The notes beneath the pieces are model-generated. The model worked only from the letters and a program-made list of their open reading frames with translations. It had not been told where the DNA came from and made no database searches. A program made the translations under genes and the position numbers. Positions 26,597 through 36,533 of a stretch of 64,000 bases of DNA are shown piece after piece. Location of the stretch: contig JAWCTJ010000002.1 of the NCBI GenBank assembly GCA_038868255.1, positions 656-64,655 on the forward strand, written 5' to 3'. The stretch comes from Candidatus Bathyarchaeia archaeon (GTDB lineage: Archaea; Thermoproteota; Bathyarchaeia; Bathyarchaeales; Bathycorpusculaceae). The first letter of the stretch is position 1, and each line of letters begins with the position of its first letter.

Positions 26597-28240
26597 ATGT
26601 CAGCCATGCCTGGAACAGTTCCCGTACTTATACTGAAAGAGGGAACGGGCAGAACTACCGGACGAGAGGCTCAAAGAAACAACATCATGGCTGCCAAGGT
26701 GGTGGCTGAGCTTGTGAGAACCACACTGGGACCGAAGGGTATGGATAAGATGCTCGTAAGCAGCTTCGGCGACGTAACTATAACAAACGATGGCGCAACA
26801 ATACTTAAGGAACTTGATGTGCAACACCCTGCCGCCAAAATGCTTGTTGAAGTTGCCAAGGCTCAGGATAACGAGGTTGGAGACGGAACAACCACAGCTG
26901 CGGTTTTAACTGGAGAGCTGCTGGCTAAGGCTGAAAACCTCTTAGATCAAAACATTCACCCCACAATAATAATCGAAGGCTTCAAGAAAGCACATGAGAA
27001 GGCTAAGGAGGTCTTAAATAAGTTAGCCATCCCCGTGAGCATAAGTGACGACAAACTTCTTCTGGATGTAGCTATGACCTCCATGGGCAGTAAGGGCGTC
27101 GCCGCCGCCAAGGATTACCTCGCTAAAATCGCAGTAGAAGCTGTGAGGCAGGTGGCCGAGGAAAAAGATGGAAAGATCAAGGCTGACATTGACCTAATAA
27201 AGATTCTGAAGAAGCACGGCAAGAGCCTTGAGGAGACAGAATTAGTCAAAGGCATGGTTATCGATAAGGAAGTAGCTCACCCACAGATGCCAAAGCTCGT
27301 AAGAGACGCCAAAATAGCGCTGATAAACGCTAAACTGGAAATCGAGAAGACGGAGTTCGACGCCAAAATCAACATTGAAAGCCCCGAGCAGATGAAGCTG
27401 TTCCTCGACGAGGAAGAACGAATGCTAAAGGAGATGGTTGACAAAATTGCTGAGGTTGGTGCTAATGTGGTGTTCTGTGAGAAGGGCATAGACGACGTGG
27501 CCCTGCACTTCCTCGCCAAGAAAGGAATATTAGCGGTTAAAAACGTCAGCAGCGGTGACATGGAGAAGCTTGCAAGGGCGACTGGCGGCAAGATAGTGGC
27601 CAGCATAAAGGATCTCACTTCCGACGTGCTGGGAGAAGCAAAACTCGTCGAGGAAGTCAAAATCGGCGATGACAAGCTAGTTTACGTAAGGGAGTGCAAG
27701 AATCCCAAGGCAGTTACAATAGTGGTTAGAGGCGGAACCGAGCACGTGGTGGATGAGGCTGAACGTTCGCTTCACGATGCCCTCTGTGTGGTTAGAAACG
27801 CAATAGAGGATGGAAAAATAGTTCCGGGCGGCGGTGCCCCAGAGGCTGAAGTGGCAAAGCAACTCAGAGATTACGCCGTTAAAGTGGGAGGCCGCGAACA
27901 GTTAGCCATCGAAGCATTTGCTGACGCTGTCGAGGCCATACCATTGACGCTGGCTGAGAACGCGGGTTTGGATCCCGTGGACATCATGGTCTCTTTGAGG
28001 GCTGCTCACGAGAAGGCCGACGGCTACCGCATGGGCGTCGACGTGTTCTCCGGCAAAATCAGGGATATGCTTGAGCTAAACATAGTGGAGCCCCTAAGGG
28101 TCAAGCTTCAAGTACTCAAGTCAGCCACCGAAGCCGCCAGCATGGTGCTCAAAATCGACGACGTAATCGCAGCTAAGGGCATAGAGAAAGAGAAGGAAAA
28201 AGAGAAATCAAAAGAGCCTGAATCTTCAGAGTTCGACTAA
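26597..28240 (+). CDS. ths: Thermosome subunit (group II chaperonin)
   Basis: [18 protein letters not shown] and VPGGGAPE; 547 aa. GAGGTGA lies upstream of the ATG. Confidence 0.95.
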   Translation: MSAMPGTVPVLILKEGTGRTTGREAQRNNIMAAKVVAELVRTTLGPKGMDKMLVSSFGDVTITNDGATILKELDVQHPAAKMLVEVAKAQDNEVGDGTTTAAVLTGELLAKAENLLDQNIHPTIIIEGFKKAHEKAKEVLNKLAIPVSISDDKLLLDVAMTSMGSKGVAAAKDYLAKIAVEAVRQVAEEKDGKIKADIDLIKILKKHGKSLEETELVKGMVIDKEVAHPQMPKLVRDAKIALINAKLEIEKTEFDAKINIESPEQMKLFLDEEERMLKEMVDKIAEVGANVVFCEKGIDDVALHFLAKKGILAVKNVSSGDMEKLARATGGKIVASIKDLTSDVLGEAKLVEEVKIGDDKLVYVRECKNPKAVTIVVRGGTEHVVDEAERSLHDALCVVRNAIEDGKIVPGGGAPEAEVAKQLRDYAVKVGGREQLAIEAFADAVEAIPLTLAENAGLDPVDIMVSLRAAHEKADGYRMGVDVFSGKIRDMLELNIVEPLRVKLQVLKSATEAASMVLKIDDVIAAKGIEKEKEKEKSKEPESSEFD

Positions 28241-28253
28241 ATTTCTCTCTCCG

Positions 28254-28277
28254 TTTTTTATATCTCCACCATTTTTT
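28254..28277 (+). terminator. Oligo-T terminator candidates after thermosome gene 1
   Basis: Two T6 runs (28254-28259 and 28272-28277) within 40 nt of the stop codon. Confidence 0.35.
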
Positions 28278-28335
28278 GGAAAATTTAAATCATATATGCG
28301 TGCATTCTTTCTATTGCATCATAAAAGAGGAATAA

Positions 28336-28944
28336 TTGTTGAGCCAGAAGATTGAATATGAGGTTCCTTCATGGAGCAGAATCTACAATATGCTTTTGCG
28401 TTTATCTGAAAAAATAAAGCGGGATTGTTTCAGGCCCGATGTAATCATTGGTGTTTCCAGAGGTGGTTGGCCTCCTGCAAGGATTCTCTCTGATCTCCTC
28501 GAAAATCCAAACTTGGCCAACGTTAGAGTAGAGTTCTATGTGGGTGTTGCTGAAACGAGTAATGAGCCAAAATTAACCCAGCCTGTTTCTGTGGATGTGA
28601 AGGGTAAGCTGGCTCTTGTAGTGGATGAGGTAGCTGACACGGGTAAAAGTCTCCGCCTCATAAAGGAGCATCTGCTGGAGAAAGGCGCCCAGGATGTCAA
28701 GATAGCAACAGTGTTCTATAAGCCCTGGAGTATTGTTGTGCCTGACTATTATGCGGCTGAAACTGATAAGTGGATAGTTTTCCCGTGGGAGATAAAAGAA
28801 ACCATTCGAAAAATTGTCAGAAAATGCCGAGAGAGCAGCAAGCCGGTAGAAGAGGAGATGGATAAACTCGTTAACGCAGGCTTATCCAGAAGACTTGTGA
28901 ACAAGCTACTTAAAGAAATTCTGGAAGAGGAAGGAAGGTGCTGA
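28336..28944 (+). CDS. Purine phosphoribosyltransferase (archaeal Hpt/Gpt type)
   Basis: PRPP loop LALVVDEVADTGKSL and N-terminal hood SWSRIYNMLLRLSEKI...GVSRGGWPPARIL. Confidence 0.8.
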   Translation: MLSQKIEYEVPSWSRIYNMLLRLSEKIKRDCFRPDVIIGVSRGGWPPARILSDLLENPNLANVRVEFYVGVAETSNEPKLTQPVSVDVKGKLALVVDEVADTGKSLRLIKEHLLEKGAQDVKIATVFYKPWSIVVPDYYAAETDKWIVFPWEIKETIRKIVRKCRESSKPVEEEMDKLVNAGLSRRLVNKLLKEILEEEGRC

Positions 28945-29504
28945 AGCACATCAGCGATTTCGGGAAGTACGTGGCCATAGCTGGATTTAGAAACGCAAAA
29001 ATTGAGGATGTAGATGGCTTCCTAAAAAACTTGAGGAATAAGTTGCATCCAGAAATTGTGTTTCAGTTATTCGACGCAAAGCCAGTTGCGACCAGTGATC
29101 ACCTTTTATTCGCGGCCTTAAACGCCTTGAAAGCATTTAGAAATGGAGAAAATATTTCGAGAAATCTCTCTGTGGAGCTGCTGCTCTATGCCTCAGCCCA
29201 GCGGCAAATCAGAAAGGCCACGGGGATTCTCGGGATTAAAAGCGGCACAGGGGAAATCGCTGCGCTTGCAATAGGCGAAAATTTAGAGAATGTGAAATCA
29301 GCCTTAGAGGTCATAGAAGAATCTGCAGGGGCGAAACGCGATGACTCGGTTTTAGAGCTCTCAGAGGAGAAGATAAAGGTCATAAAGAAGGTTTTTAACA
29401 TCACAGATGCTGAGATCGAGGCTATGAATGGGAAAAATAACCTGCAAGAGGTTATCAAGAATCTTGTTATTGAACGAGTAGCCCTTTTATACACTTGGCG
29501 CTGA
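28938..29504 (+). CDS. cgi121: KEOPS complex subunit Cgi121
   Basis: 188 aa. IAGFRNAKIEDVDGFL...VFQLFDAKPVATSDHLLFAALNALKAF...ELLLYASAQRQIRKA matches the Cgi121 pattern. It overlaps the PRT stop. Confidence 0.65.
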   Translation: MLKHISDFGKYVAIAGFRNAKIEDVDGFLKNLRNKLHPEIVFQLFDAKPVATSDHLLFAALNALKAFRNGENISRNLSVELLLYASAQRQIRKATGILGIKSGTGEIAALAIGENLENVKSALEVIEESAGAKRDDSVLELSEEKIKVIKKVFNITDAEIEAMNGKNNLQEVIKNLVIERVALLYTWR

Positions 29505-29520
29505 TTGAGCACAAGCCTTT

Positions 29521-30045
29521 TTACAACACTTTTTCCTTAACAATGGAAAGTATGTCTTGAGGCTTAAGCACTGACATGCCGGTAAGCCCGCCTATAACCT
29601 CAACCAGGAGGATTTTATCCGGATTTTCAAGGTTAACTTTCCTATTTACCGCTGAGGCTGCGGCTTCTATGATGTCCCTGGTGGAGGTTCCAGTGAAACG
29701 TTTCTCAACGGTGACGCGATAAGTTTCGTTTTCTCGAATTTTCGCGCCCAGCTCTGCTGCAGCTCTTTTTATCTCATCAAGGCTTGTGCGTACAACCTTT
29801 TCTATGGGAATCACCCTAAGCAAGTAGCGGAACTCATAAGGGCGCTCTCGGAGTATTGCACGGAGCTTCTCAGTGACCTCAATGGGCTTTAAGGATGTTT
29901 TGGCGACGACAAGTCCTGAAACTCCACTCTTGTCCACAACTGCTGAGGGATCACCGATCTCCCCAAGTAAATACCACAACTCAGAGCAGGCTTCAGTTTC
30001 ATTTCCCTTTGATGTGGTTGCCAGAAGGTTAAAATCCCTAAGCAT
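29521..30045 (-). CDS. THUMP-domain RNA-binding protein
   Basis: 174 aa. NLLATTSKGNETEACSELWYLL...LVVAKT...YLLRVIPIE...YRVTVEKR matches stand-alone archaeal THUMP proteins. Confidence 0.6.
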   Translation of the reverse strand: MLRDFNLLATTSKGNETEACSELWYLLGEIGDPSAVVDKSGVSGLVVAKTSLKPIEVTEKLRAILRERPYEFRYLLRVIPIEKVVRTSLDEIKRAAAELGAKIRENETYRVTVEKRFTGTSTRDIIEAAASAVNRKVNLENPDKILLVEVIGGLTGMSVLKPQDILSIVKEKVL

Positions 30046-30203
30046 ACGCGTTCCTCGATTACCTCAAGGGTCAGTGCAGGTTAGTTGGCTTTCTCATCGC
30101 TAAGTGCTCTCAGCCGTCGCCTCACATCATCCCAAAAATAATTTTGAAAACGGGGATTTAATCATTTTGTCGCATTAACCTTATATTCGGAGTAGATGAT
30201 TCC

Positions 30204-31190
30204 ATGGATGTTAATCCTTTGGGATCCGCTTTGAAAGATCGAAAACCAATAATTGTGGTTCATGGTGGGGCTGGAAAATGGGATCAGAGCCGCAGCCAAC
30301 CCGCCCTTGAAGGTGTTAAGAAAGCTGCTGAGTTAGGCTTTGAAATGCTGGTTAAAGGCGAAAGTGCTTTGGATGTTGTTGTTGAGGCTGTAGCCCTTAT
30401 GGAGGATACAGGCGTGTTTAACGCGGGTAAGGGTTCCGCTTTAAACTTAGAGGGCAATGTGGAGATGGAGGCGTCTGTTATGGATGGTAAAACCTTGAGG
30501 GCGGGTGCTGTTGGACTTTTGAGGGATGTTAAAAATCCCGTGCGTTTGGCAAGGCTAGTGATGGAGAAATCAGACCATGTTTTTGTTGTGGGTGAGGGTG
30601 CTGAAAAGCTTGCAGGAATTTTCGGCGTTGAAAGGATAGATGCGCCGTCAGAGAATCAGCTGAAACGCTATCATTTGTACAAGCAAGCGCTGCTTGAGGG
30701 AAAATATGACTTGCCAAAACTTGCTGGACTAATCAAAAGTTACCCGGAAATTTTCAGCTTAGAAACCGTGGGCGCTGTGGCTCTTGATGAGGAAGGAAAT
30801 GTTGCAGCAGCAACATCAACAGGCGGTATACCTTTGAAACTTCCTGGGAGAATAGGTGATTCCCCGCTGATAGGCTGTGGAACATACGCTGACAATCAAA
30901 GTGGTGCGTGCTCAGCAACAGGGATAGGTGAAATAGCCATAAGACTTGTTCTGGCTAAGACGGTTTGTGATCGCATGGCTTCTGGAAAGTCAGCGCAAAA
31001 GGCAGTTGAAGAAGCTATCAATCTTGTAAATAGTAGGCTGGCTGGAACTGCAAACTCCATGGGTTTAATAGCCGTTAGTCGTAGGGGCGATATTGGAGCA
31101 GCTCATAACTCGGCTAACCTCTGCTGGGCTTACATCACACCTGGTATGCGCGAGCCTATTGCTTCGTTGACGGCAAAGATCCTGACGTGA
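30204..31190 (+). CDS. Isoaspartyl peptidase / plant-type L-asparaginase (Ntn hydrolase)
   Basis: VHGGAG, autocleavage site ETVGAVALD, TSTGG, and GCGTYAD. Confidence 0.85.
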   Translation: MDVNPLGSALKDRKPIIVVHGGAGKWDQSRSQPALEGVKKAAELGFEMLVKGESALDVVVEAVALMEDTGVFNAGKGSALNLEGNVEMEASVMDGKTLRAGAVGLLRDVKNPVRLARLVMEKSDHVFVVGEGAEKLAGIFGVERIDAPSENQLKRYHLYKQALLEGKYDLPKLAGLIKSYPEIFSLETVGAVALDEEGNVAAATSTGGIPLKLPGRIGDSPLIGCGTYADNQSGACSATGIGEIAIRLVLAKTVCDRMASGKSAQKAVEEAINLVNSRLAGTANSMGLIAVSRRGDIGAAHNSANLCWAYITPGMREPIASLTAKILT

Positions 31191-31249
31191 TCCTTAGAGA
31201 TAGAACATGCTTGCCTTATTGTTTCATCGACAGCTGCCGAATGAAAAGA

Positions 31250-31257
31250 TTTAAAAT
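31250..31257 (+). promoter_or_regulatory. Candidate TATA box upstream of the EEEW micro-ORF
   Basis: TTTAAAAT preceded by purine-rich GAAAAG. It lies about 26 nt upstream of the ATG at 31276, spacing compatible with a leaderless or short-leader transcript. Confidence 0.3.
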
Positions 31258-31275
31258 GCCCTTTGGAAATCTCCT

Positions 31276-31377
31276 ATGCACCAGCTGTTGAGGTGTTGTG
31301 AAATGTTGTTTAAAGAAGAGGAATGGGAAGAGGAAGAATGGGAAGAAGAAGAGGAATGGGAAGAAGAGGAATGGTGA
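31276..31377 (+). CDS. Micro-ORF encoding an acidic Trp-repeat peptide
   Basis: Translates to MHQLLRCCEMLFKEEEWEEEEWEEEEEWEEEEW*, 33 aa. The internal ATG at 31303, preceded by GAGGTG, would give 24 aa. Coding status is unproven. Confidence 0.3.
   Translation: MHQLLRCCEMLFKEEEWEEEEWEEEEEWEEEEW
31315..31374 (+). repeat. Imperfect purine-rich tandem repeat, (GAR)3-5-TGG x4
   Basis: GAGGAATGGGAAGA-type units recur with TGG spaced 15, 18 and 15 nt apart. This stretch forms the body of the micro-ORF. Confidence 0.8.
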
Positions 31378-31500
31378 AAGCCCCAGAGACCTTTGGCCTC
31401 CCCCTTATCTCTTTTTAGTCAGCCTGGCTTCGAAAAGCTTTTAGCAGAATACGGTTATTCTGACTCCAAGTTTAACGCTTTAATGAGTTGTTGATGCAGT

Positions 31501-33300
31501 ATGCCGCGAGTTGCGGTGCTGGATTCAGACAAGTGCAGGCCTAAAAAATGTGATAGGATATGTCATCGTTTCTGTCCCATGGTTCGAAGCCGTATAGAGG
31601 CAATACGCTTCGAAAACAATAGGCCCGTTATTGTTGAAGCCTTATGTTCTGGATGCGGAATATGCGTCAAAAAATGCCCTTTTCAAGCAATTTCTGTAGT
31701 GAACCTTCCAGACGAGTTGGAAGCCGAGTGCAGCCACCGTTTCGGGCCAAATACATTTAAACTTTTCAGGCTTCCCATGCCTTCTCCCGGAAATGTTCTA
31801 GGCCTTCTTGGAAAGAATGGTATAGGAAAAACCACAACTCTTAAGGTGCTTTCAGGCGAGATAAAGCCGAACCTTGGAAATTATGAAAATCCCCCTGGAT
31901 GGAGCGAGATAATACGTTATTTCAGGGGGTCATCGCTTCAAAACTACTTTCAAAAAATGAGTGAGGGCGTGCTTAAAGTTGTACATAAACCTCAATATGT
32001 CGACAGAATCCCCAAGGCAGTTTCTGGTAAAGTGGGTGAATTGTTGGAAAAAGTGGATGAGCGCAGCGTCCTAAGGGAACTTGCCAAGCAGCTTGAGCTG
32101 GAGAAGCTATGGGATAGACCCTTAGACGCATTAAGCGGCGGGGAACTTCAAAGAGTGGCTGTAGGAGCCGCTATATGCCGTGAAGCGGATGTCTACCTTT
32201 TTGATGAACCGTCAAGTTATTTAGATGTTAAGCAGAGACTTGCTGTTGCAAGGGCCATAAGAGGTCTAAGAAACAGCGATAAGATTGTTGTTGTGGCTGA
32301 ACATGACCTTGCAATAATAGATTATCTTTCAGATCAAATATGCATCTTTTACGGTGAACCCGGCGTTTATGGAATAGTTTCTCATGTGCATGGCGTAAGA
32401 ACAGGCATAAACATTTACCTTCAAGGCTTTATCCCGGATGAGAACGTGCGCTTCAGAAGGGAAGCTATAATTTTCCATGAGAAACCTCCAACCATAAGCC
32501 CCGATGCTGGTGAAGCTTTTCTCAAATGGGGCAGTATGGAGAAAACTTACAAGGGCTTCAAGCTCACGGTGAATCCTGGCTGGATAAGGAAAGGCGAGAT
32601 CATAGGTATTCTGGGACCAAACGGAATTGGAAAGACAACGTTTGTAAAGATCCTTGCAGGTCTAGAGAAGACCGATGAGGGGCTGGAGTTCAAGACGCTC
32701 AGCGTAAGTTATAAGCCGCAGTACATTTCAGCCGATTATGAGGGTACAGTTCAGGAACTTTTGATGAGTGTAGCCAAAGAGGACTTCTCATCAGGCTGGT
32801 ATAAATCCGAGATCCTGGAGCCCCTTGGAATGTATCGTCTACTGGATCGTAAGGTTTCCGAGCTCAGCGGTGGAGAGCTTCAGAAAACAGCCATCGCAGC
32901 CTGCATATCAAGAAGCGCTGAGCTTTACCTTTTAGATGAGCCCAGCGCCTATTTGGATGTGGAGGAGCGTTTAAGCATGGCTAGAACAGTCCGCAGGGTT
33001 ATGCAGTCCCGTAATGCCACAGCCTTCGTGGTTGAACATGATGTCGTTGCTCAGGATTTCATAGCAGATCGCTTAATGATCTTCACTGGTGAGCCCGGCG
33101 TGAATGGCGTAGCCAATCCGCCTGTAACCCTCCGGGACGGCATGAACATGTTCCTTAAGGAAATGAACGTCACGTTTAGAAGAGATCCTGTCACGAGGAG
33201 GCCGAGGGTTAACAAGGAAGGTTCAAGGCTTGACATCTACCAGAAGGATATTGGCGAATATTATTATGTGCAGTTTAGAGGAGCGGAAGAGGAGGAGTAG
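31501..33300 (+). CDS. abcE1: ABCE1 / RNase L inhibitor ribosome-recycling ATPase
   Basis: N-terminal 2x[4Fe-4S] (CRPKKCDRICHRFCP, CSGCGICVKKCP), two Walker A motifs (GKNGIGKTT, GPNGIGKTT) and two LSGGELQ signatures. Confidence 0.95.
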   Translation: MPRVAVLDSDKCRPKKCDRICHRFCPMVRSRIEAIRFENNRPVIVEALCSGCGICVKKCPFQAISVVNLPDELEAECSHRFGPNTFKLFRLPMPSPGNVLGLLGKNGIGKTTTLKVLSGEIKPNLGNYENPPGWSEIIRYFRGSSLQNYFQKMSEGVLKVVHKPQYVDRIPKAVSGKVGELLEKVDERSVLRELAKQLELEKLWDRPLDALSGGELQRVAVGAAICREADVYLFDEPSSYLDVKQRLAVARAIRGLRNSDKIVVVAEHDLAIIDYLSDQICIFYGEPGVYGIVSHVHGVRTGINIYLQGFIPDENVRFRREAIIFHEKPPTISPDAGEAFLKWGSMEKTYKGFKLTVNPGWIRKGEIIGILGPNGIGKTTFVKILAGLEKTDEGLEFKTLSVSYKPQYISADYEGTVQELLMSVAKEDFSSGWYKSEILEPLGMYRLLDRKVSELSGGELQKTAIAACISRSAELYLLDEPSAYLDVEERLSMARTVRRVMQSRNATAFVVEHDVVAQDFIADRLMIFTGEPGVNGVANPPVTLRDGMNMFLKEMNVTFRRDPVTRRPRVNKEGSRLDIYQKDIGEYYYVQFRGAEEEE

Positions 33301-33571
33301 CCGCTCTAGGCATGTGAAAATGGGTTATTGCCCATAAAATAGGGATAGAGGAACATAATAAGCTCCTATTTCCATTAGCAGAATTAAAATTATTGCGGCA
33401 AAATTTTAGGGCAGAAAGCTTACGCTTTGAAAGAAGCAAGGCAGTAATCGCGCCTATGTGCTTATGCAAGTGCTAATGTGTAACGGGCATTTTCAGCTTA
33501 GATACATAGTTAAATTAAAGTTATAGCTGTGCATACGTAGGATTGACCTCGTGAAGTATGCGGTGGAGTAG

Positions 33572-35092
33572 GTGGCTCAAGCAACATTTGAAGAGATAAG
33601 TGCAGCGGACTTTTTCTATCGTAACCGTGACATAGCAGGCTTTACAAACCCCACAAGAGCTATCTTCGCAGCTATAAGAGAACTTGTGGAGAACTCGCTT
33701 GACGCTGCTGAAAGCATTAAAGTTCCACCGGATATTTATGTGCGGCTTTCCTTTGAAGGTGAGGCAAGCGAGGAAACCCAGATATACAGGCTTAGGGTTA
33801 AAGACAACGGCACCGGAATTCCTCCCCAACACATTCCCCTGGCCTTTGGGCAAGTTCTCTATGGTTCTAAGTATAAGCTGAAGCAGCAGAGGGGAACTTT
33901 TGGGCTTGGAGGGAAAATGGCAATTCTGTATGGGCAGATAACCACTCATCAACCTGCACTTATAATTTCAAGCACAGGTGGCACTAGAATTTATGAGTAT
34001 AAGATTATGATTGATATTCAGAAGAACCGCCCTGTAATCCTTGATCGTAGAATCATTTTGAATAAGGATGGGTGGCGGGGCACAATAGTCGAGTTCACCC
34101 TTGAAGGCGACTACCTGCGAGCTATGCCGAAAATACTGGAATATTTCAAGCAGACGGCCATGGTTAACCCCTATGCAAACCTGACCTTTGTAGATCCAAA
34201 GGGTAGACTGTACATGTTTAAGAGGGCAACAACAGTGATGCCTGATCCGCCCACGGAGACGTTGCCTCATCCCTACGGCGTTGATGTTGAACTTCTTCAA
34301 CGCCTTATACAGATAACCCCGCATGGAAACATGCTGGATTTCCTGAAGAACCACTTTCACAGGGTCGGCGATATCACAGCAAAGAGGTTCCTCGAGTTCA
34401 GCGGTATAAGCCCCTCGAAAAACCCCAAGAAATTGTCCCACGATGAAATTGTCAGACTTGTGCAGATGCTAAGGAAGTTTAAGGATTTCCTGCCTCCAGA
34501 TGCAGGGTGCCTATCACCCCTCGGCGAGGAGCTGCTCCGCACAGGGATACTAAAGGAGTTAAAGCCTGAGTTCCTCGCGGTGCATCAGCGGAAACCAGCC
34601 ACCTATTCTGGGCATCCGTTTATTGTCGAAGTTGCCATAGCATATGGAGGAGAAATTCCCCAGAAGAACGGTTTTGTTGTTTACCGCTTCGCTAATCGCA
34701 TTCCCCTACTTTATGATGAGGCAAGTGACGTCTCCGTGAAGGTTATAGAGTCTATGAACTGGCGCAGATACAAAGTTGCTCCGGACATGCCCATCGCGAT
34801 AGTTGTGCATATCTGCAGCACGAAGGTTCCTTACAAGACCGTTGGTAAGGAGTTCATTGCTGATAGACCTGAGGTGAGACGTGAAATCGCTAATGGGCTG
34901 AGAGAAGTGGCCAGGCAGCTGCAGCGTTTTCTGTCAAGAAGAGAACATGCGGATCGCGAGAAGAAGAGACTAGGCGTATTCAGCAAATACCTCCCAAGGA
35001 TAGCTGAATTCTCAACTAAACTTGCTGAAAAGGATAAAATACCTAATATAGAGAGGCTTCTGCAGAGTGTGAGGCGATATGGAATTGAGTGA
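33572..35092 (+). CDS. top6B: DNA topoisomerase VI subunit B
   Basis: Bergerat-fold motifs ELVENSLDA and DNGTGIP, plus GLGGKMA; GTG start. Confidence 0.95.
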   Translation: MAQATFEEISAADFFYRNRDIAGFTNPTRAIFAAIRELVENSLDAAESIKVPPDIYVRLSFEGEASEETQIYRLRVKDNGTGIPPQHIPLAFGQVLYGSKYKLKQQRGTFGLGGKMAILYGQITTHQPALIISSTGGTRIYEYKIMIDIQKNRPVILDRRIILNKDGWRGTIVEFTLEGDYLRAMPKILEYFKQTAMVNPYANLTFVDPKGRLYMFKRATTVMPDPPTETLPHPYGVDVELLQRLIQITPHGNMLDFLKNHFHRVGDITAKRFLEFSGISPSKNPKKLSHDEIVRLVQMLRKFKDFLPPDAGCLSPLGEELLRTGILKELKPEFLAVHQRKPATYSGHPFIVEVAIAYGGEIPQKNGFVVYRFANRIPLLYDEASDVSVKVIESMNWRRYKVAPDMPIAIVVHICSTKVPYKTVGKEFIADRPEVRREIANGLREVARQLQRFLSRREHADREKKRLGVFSKYLPRIAEFSTKLAEKDKIPNIERLLQSVRRYGIE

Positions 35093-36191
35093 ACCTGAAA
35101 GAAGCGTGCTTGAAAAGAGGAAAGAGGTCCTAGATAAACTTCGAGGACTTGGTTCTAGAATTTACGATCAGCTTGAAAGAGGAGTTTTCCCATTTATTGA
35201 GATGCCTGTCAGGTCTACGGAAAACATCTACTACGATCACGTGTTGAGACAGTTTGTTCTAGGTGACAAGAGGGTTAAGAGGAGTTCAAGAAACATTCGG
35301 CACTTAAAGCCCTTCGCCCAGCTGGTCTGGGCGGCGCTCTTCTCATATGAGCTTACCTCCCAAAGGAAAACCTCCACTCTGAGAGATGTTTACTACTCTG
35401 CACAAGCCTATGAAATGACTTTCAAGGACCAGCAGGAATCCAACAACATCATAACCGACCTGGAGACCGTTCTGGGCTACTCAAGGGAGGACTTCAGCAT
35501 CTTCCCGGAGGAACGCTCCGCAGTGTTCGGCGACTTAACTATACGATACACCGTGCCCGGATATGAGGGCAAAACCCTAAACCTGACCTCACATCCAGAC
35601 GGCGTCATGATTGGGCCTGCATTAACCTCAGCTGTGTTTGAGGAAACTTCAGCTGACAAGGTAATCGCCATAGAGAAGGGCGGTCTTTTCACACGCTTCA
35701 TCGAGGAAAACGTGCATAAGAAGTTCAACGCGATCCTCGTGTTGACGGCTGGGCAGGCTCCGCGGGCGACGCGTTACTTCATAAGGAGGCTGAACAGGGA
35801 GCTTAAGCTTCCAGTTTACATATTCACGGACGGAGACCCATGGGGCATGCATATAGCTATGGTTATAATTTCAGGCTCAGCTAACGCGGCTCACTTAAGA
35901 GACCTAACAACGCCGGACGCCGTGTGGAGTGGGGTTTGGGCAACTGACATAGTTGAGTATAAGCTGCCCACAGATCCTCTGGACGAAATAGACATGAAGA
36001 GACTCCATGAACTTCAGAAGGATCCAAGGTATCAGGAGGACCCGCTGTGGCAGAGGGAGATAAAAACCTTCATGAAGATAAGGCGGAAGGCTGAGCAGGA
36101 GGCCTTCAGCCGATATGGGCTGACATACATTGTAGATGAGTATCTGCCTGCAAAGCTTGAAGAAACCGGTGGAAAGGGGAAAACTAAATAG
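35079..36191 (+). CDS. top6A: DNA topoisomerase VI subunit A (Spo11 homolog)
   Basis: Toprim motifs IAIEKGGLF and FTDGDPWGMHI, with a 5Y-CAP region carrying a Tyr (LRDVYYSA). It overlaps top6B by 14 nt. Confidence 0.95.
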   Translation: MELSEPERSVLEKRKEVLDKLRGLGSRIYDQLERGVFPFIEMPVRSTENIYYDHVLRQFVLGDKRVKRSSRNIRHLKPFAQLVWAALFSYELTSQRKTSTLRDVYYSAQAYEMTFKDQQESNNIITDLETVLGYSREDFSIFPEERSAVFGDLTIRYTVPGYEGKTLNLTSHPDGVMIGPALTSAVFEETSADKVIAIEKGGLFTRFIEENVHKKFNAILVLTAGQAPRATRYFIRRLNRELKLPVYIFTDGDPWGMHIAMVIISGSANAAHLRDLTTPDAVWSGVWATDIVEYKLPTDPLDEIDMKRLHELQKDPRYQEDPLWQREIKTFMKIRRKAEQEAFSRYGLTYIVDEYLPAKLEETGGKGKTK

Positions 36192-36236
36192 CCTCCATCA
36201 AGCCTATGTAAAGGGCATGCAGTAAGGAGGTTTCGT

Positions 36237-36434
36237 TTGAGCAAAAATAGCGCCTTCGGGTTAAGTGCTGCTGAAAAGTTTCTCGGATTACTGCTGATGA
36301 TCCTCGGTGCGTTGGAGGCGTACTTTTCAATTTCAAGCAGTGAAGCCTTAGGGGCTTACACATGGTTTTTCGCTGTTCTAGGATTTATACTGCTGGCTTT
36401 AGGGATTCTTCTTCTCATAGCGAAAACCGAGTGA
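36237..36434 (+). CDS. Small two-TM membrane protein
   Basis: 65 aa. The TTG start lies 6 nt after a strong AAGGAGG, and there are two hydrophobic helices. Confidence 0.55.
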   Translation: MSKNSAFGLSAAEKFLGLLLMILGALEAYFSISSSEALGAYTWFFAVLGFILLALGILLLIAKTE

Positions 36435-36533
36435 CCTCCGTCCATATTTCAAGCTTGTTGAAACAGTCTTTATTAGGGATAGAGTTTATTAGGTTTGATA
36501 AGGTTTGCATGCTGTTCCATGGGAGTATGCAGG

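Noticed and set aside
33301-33571. 270-bp spacer between abcE1 and top6B, including a 64-aa minus-strand ORF (33275..33469)
   Set aside because: The ORF overlaps the abcE1 stop, has no SD and gives an unremarkable translation. I could not recognise any RNA structure, so I treat the spacer as promoter or UTR.
33521-34441. 143-aa and 157-aa minus-strand ORFs (33521..33952 and 33968..34441) opposite top6B
   Set aside because: top6B on the plus strand has unambiguous Bergerat-fold motifs, so these antisense frames are shadow ORFs.
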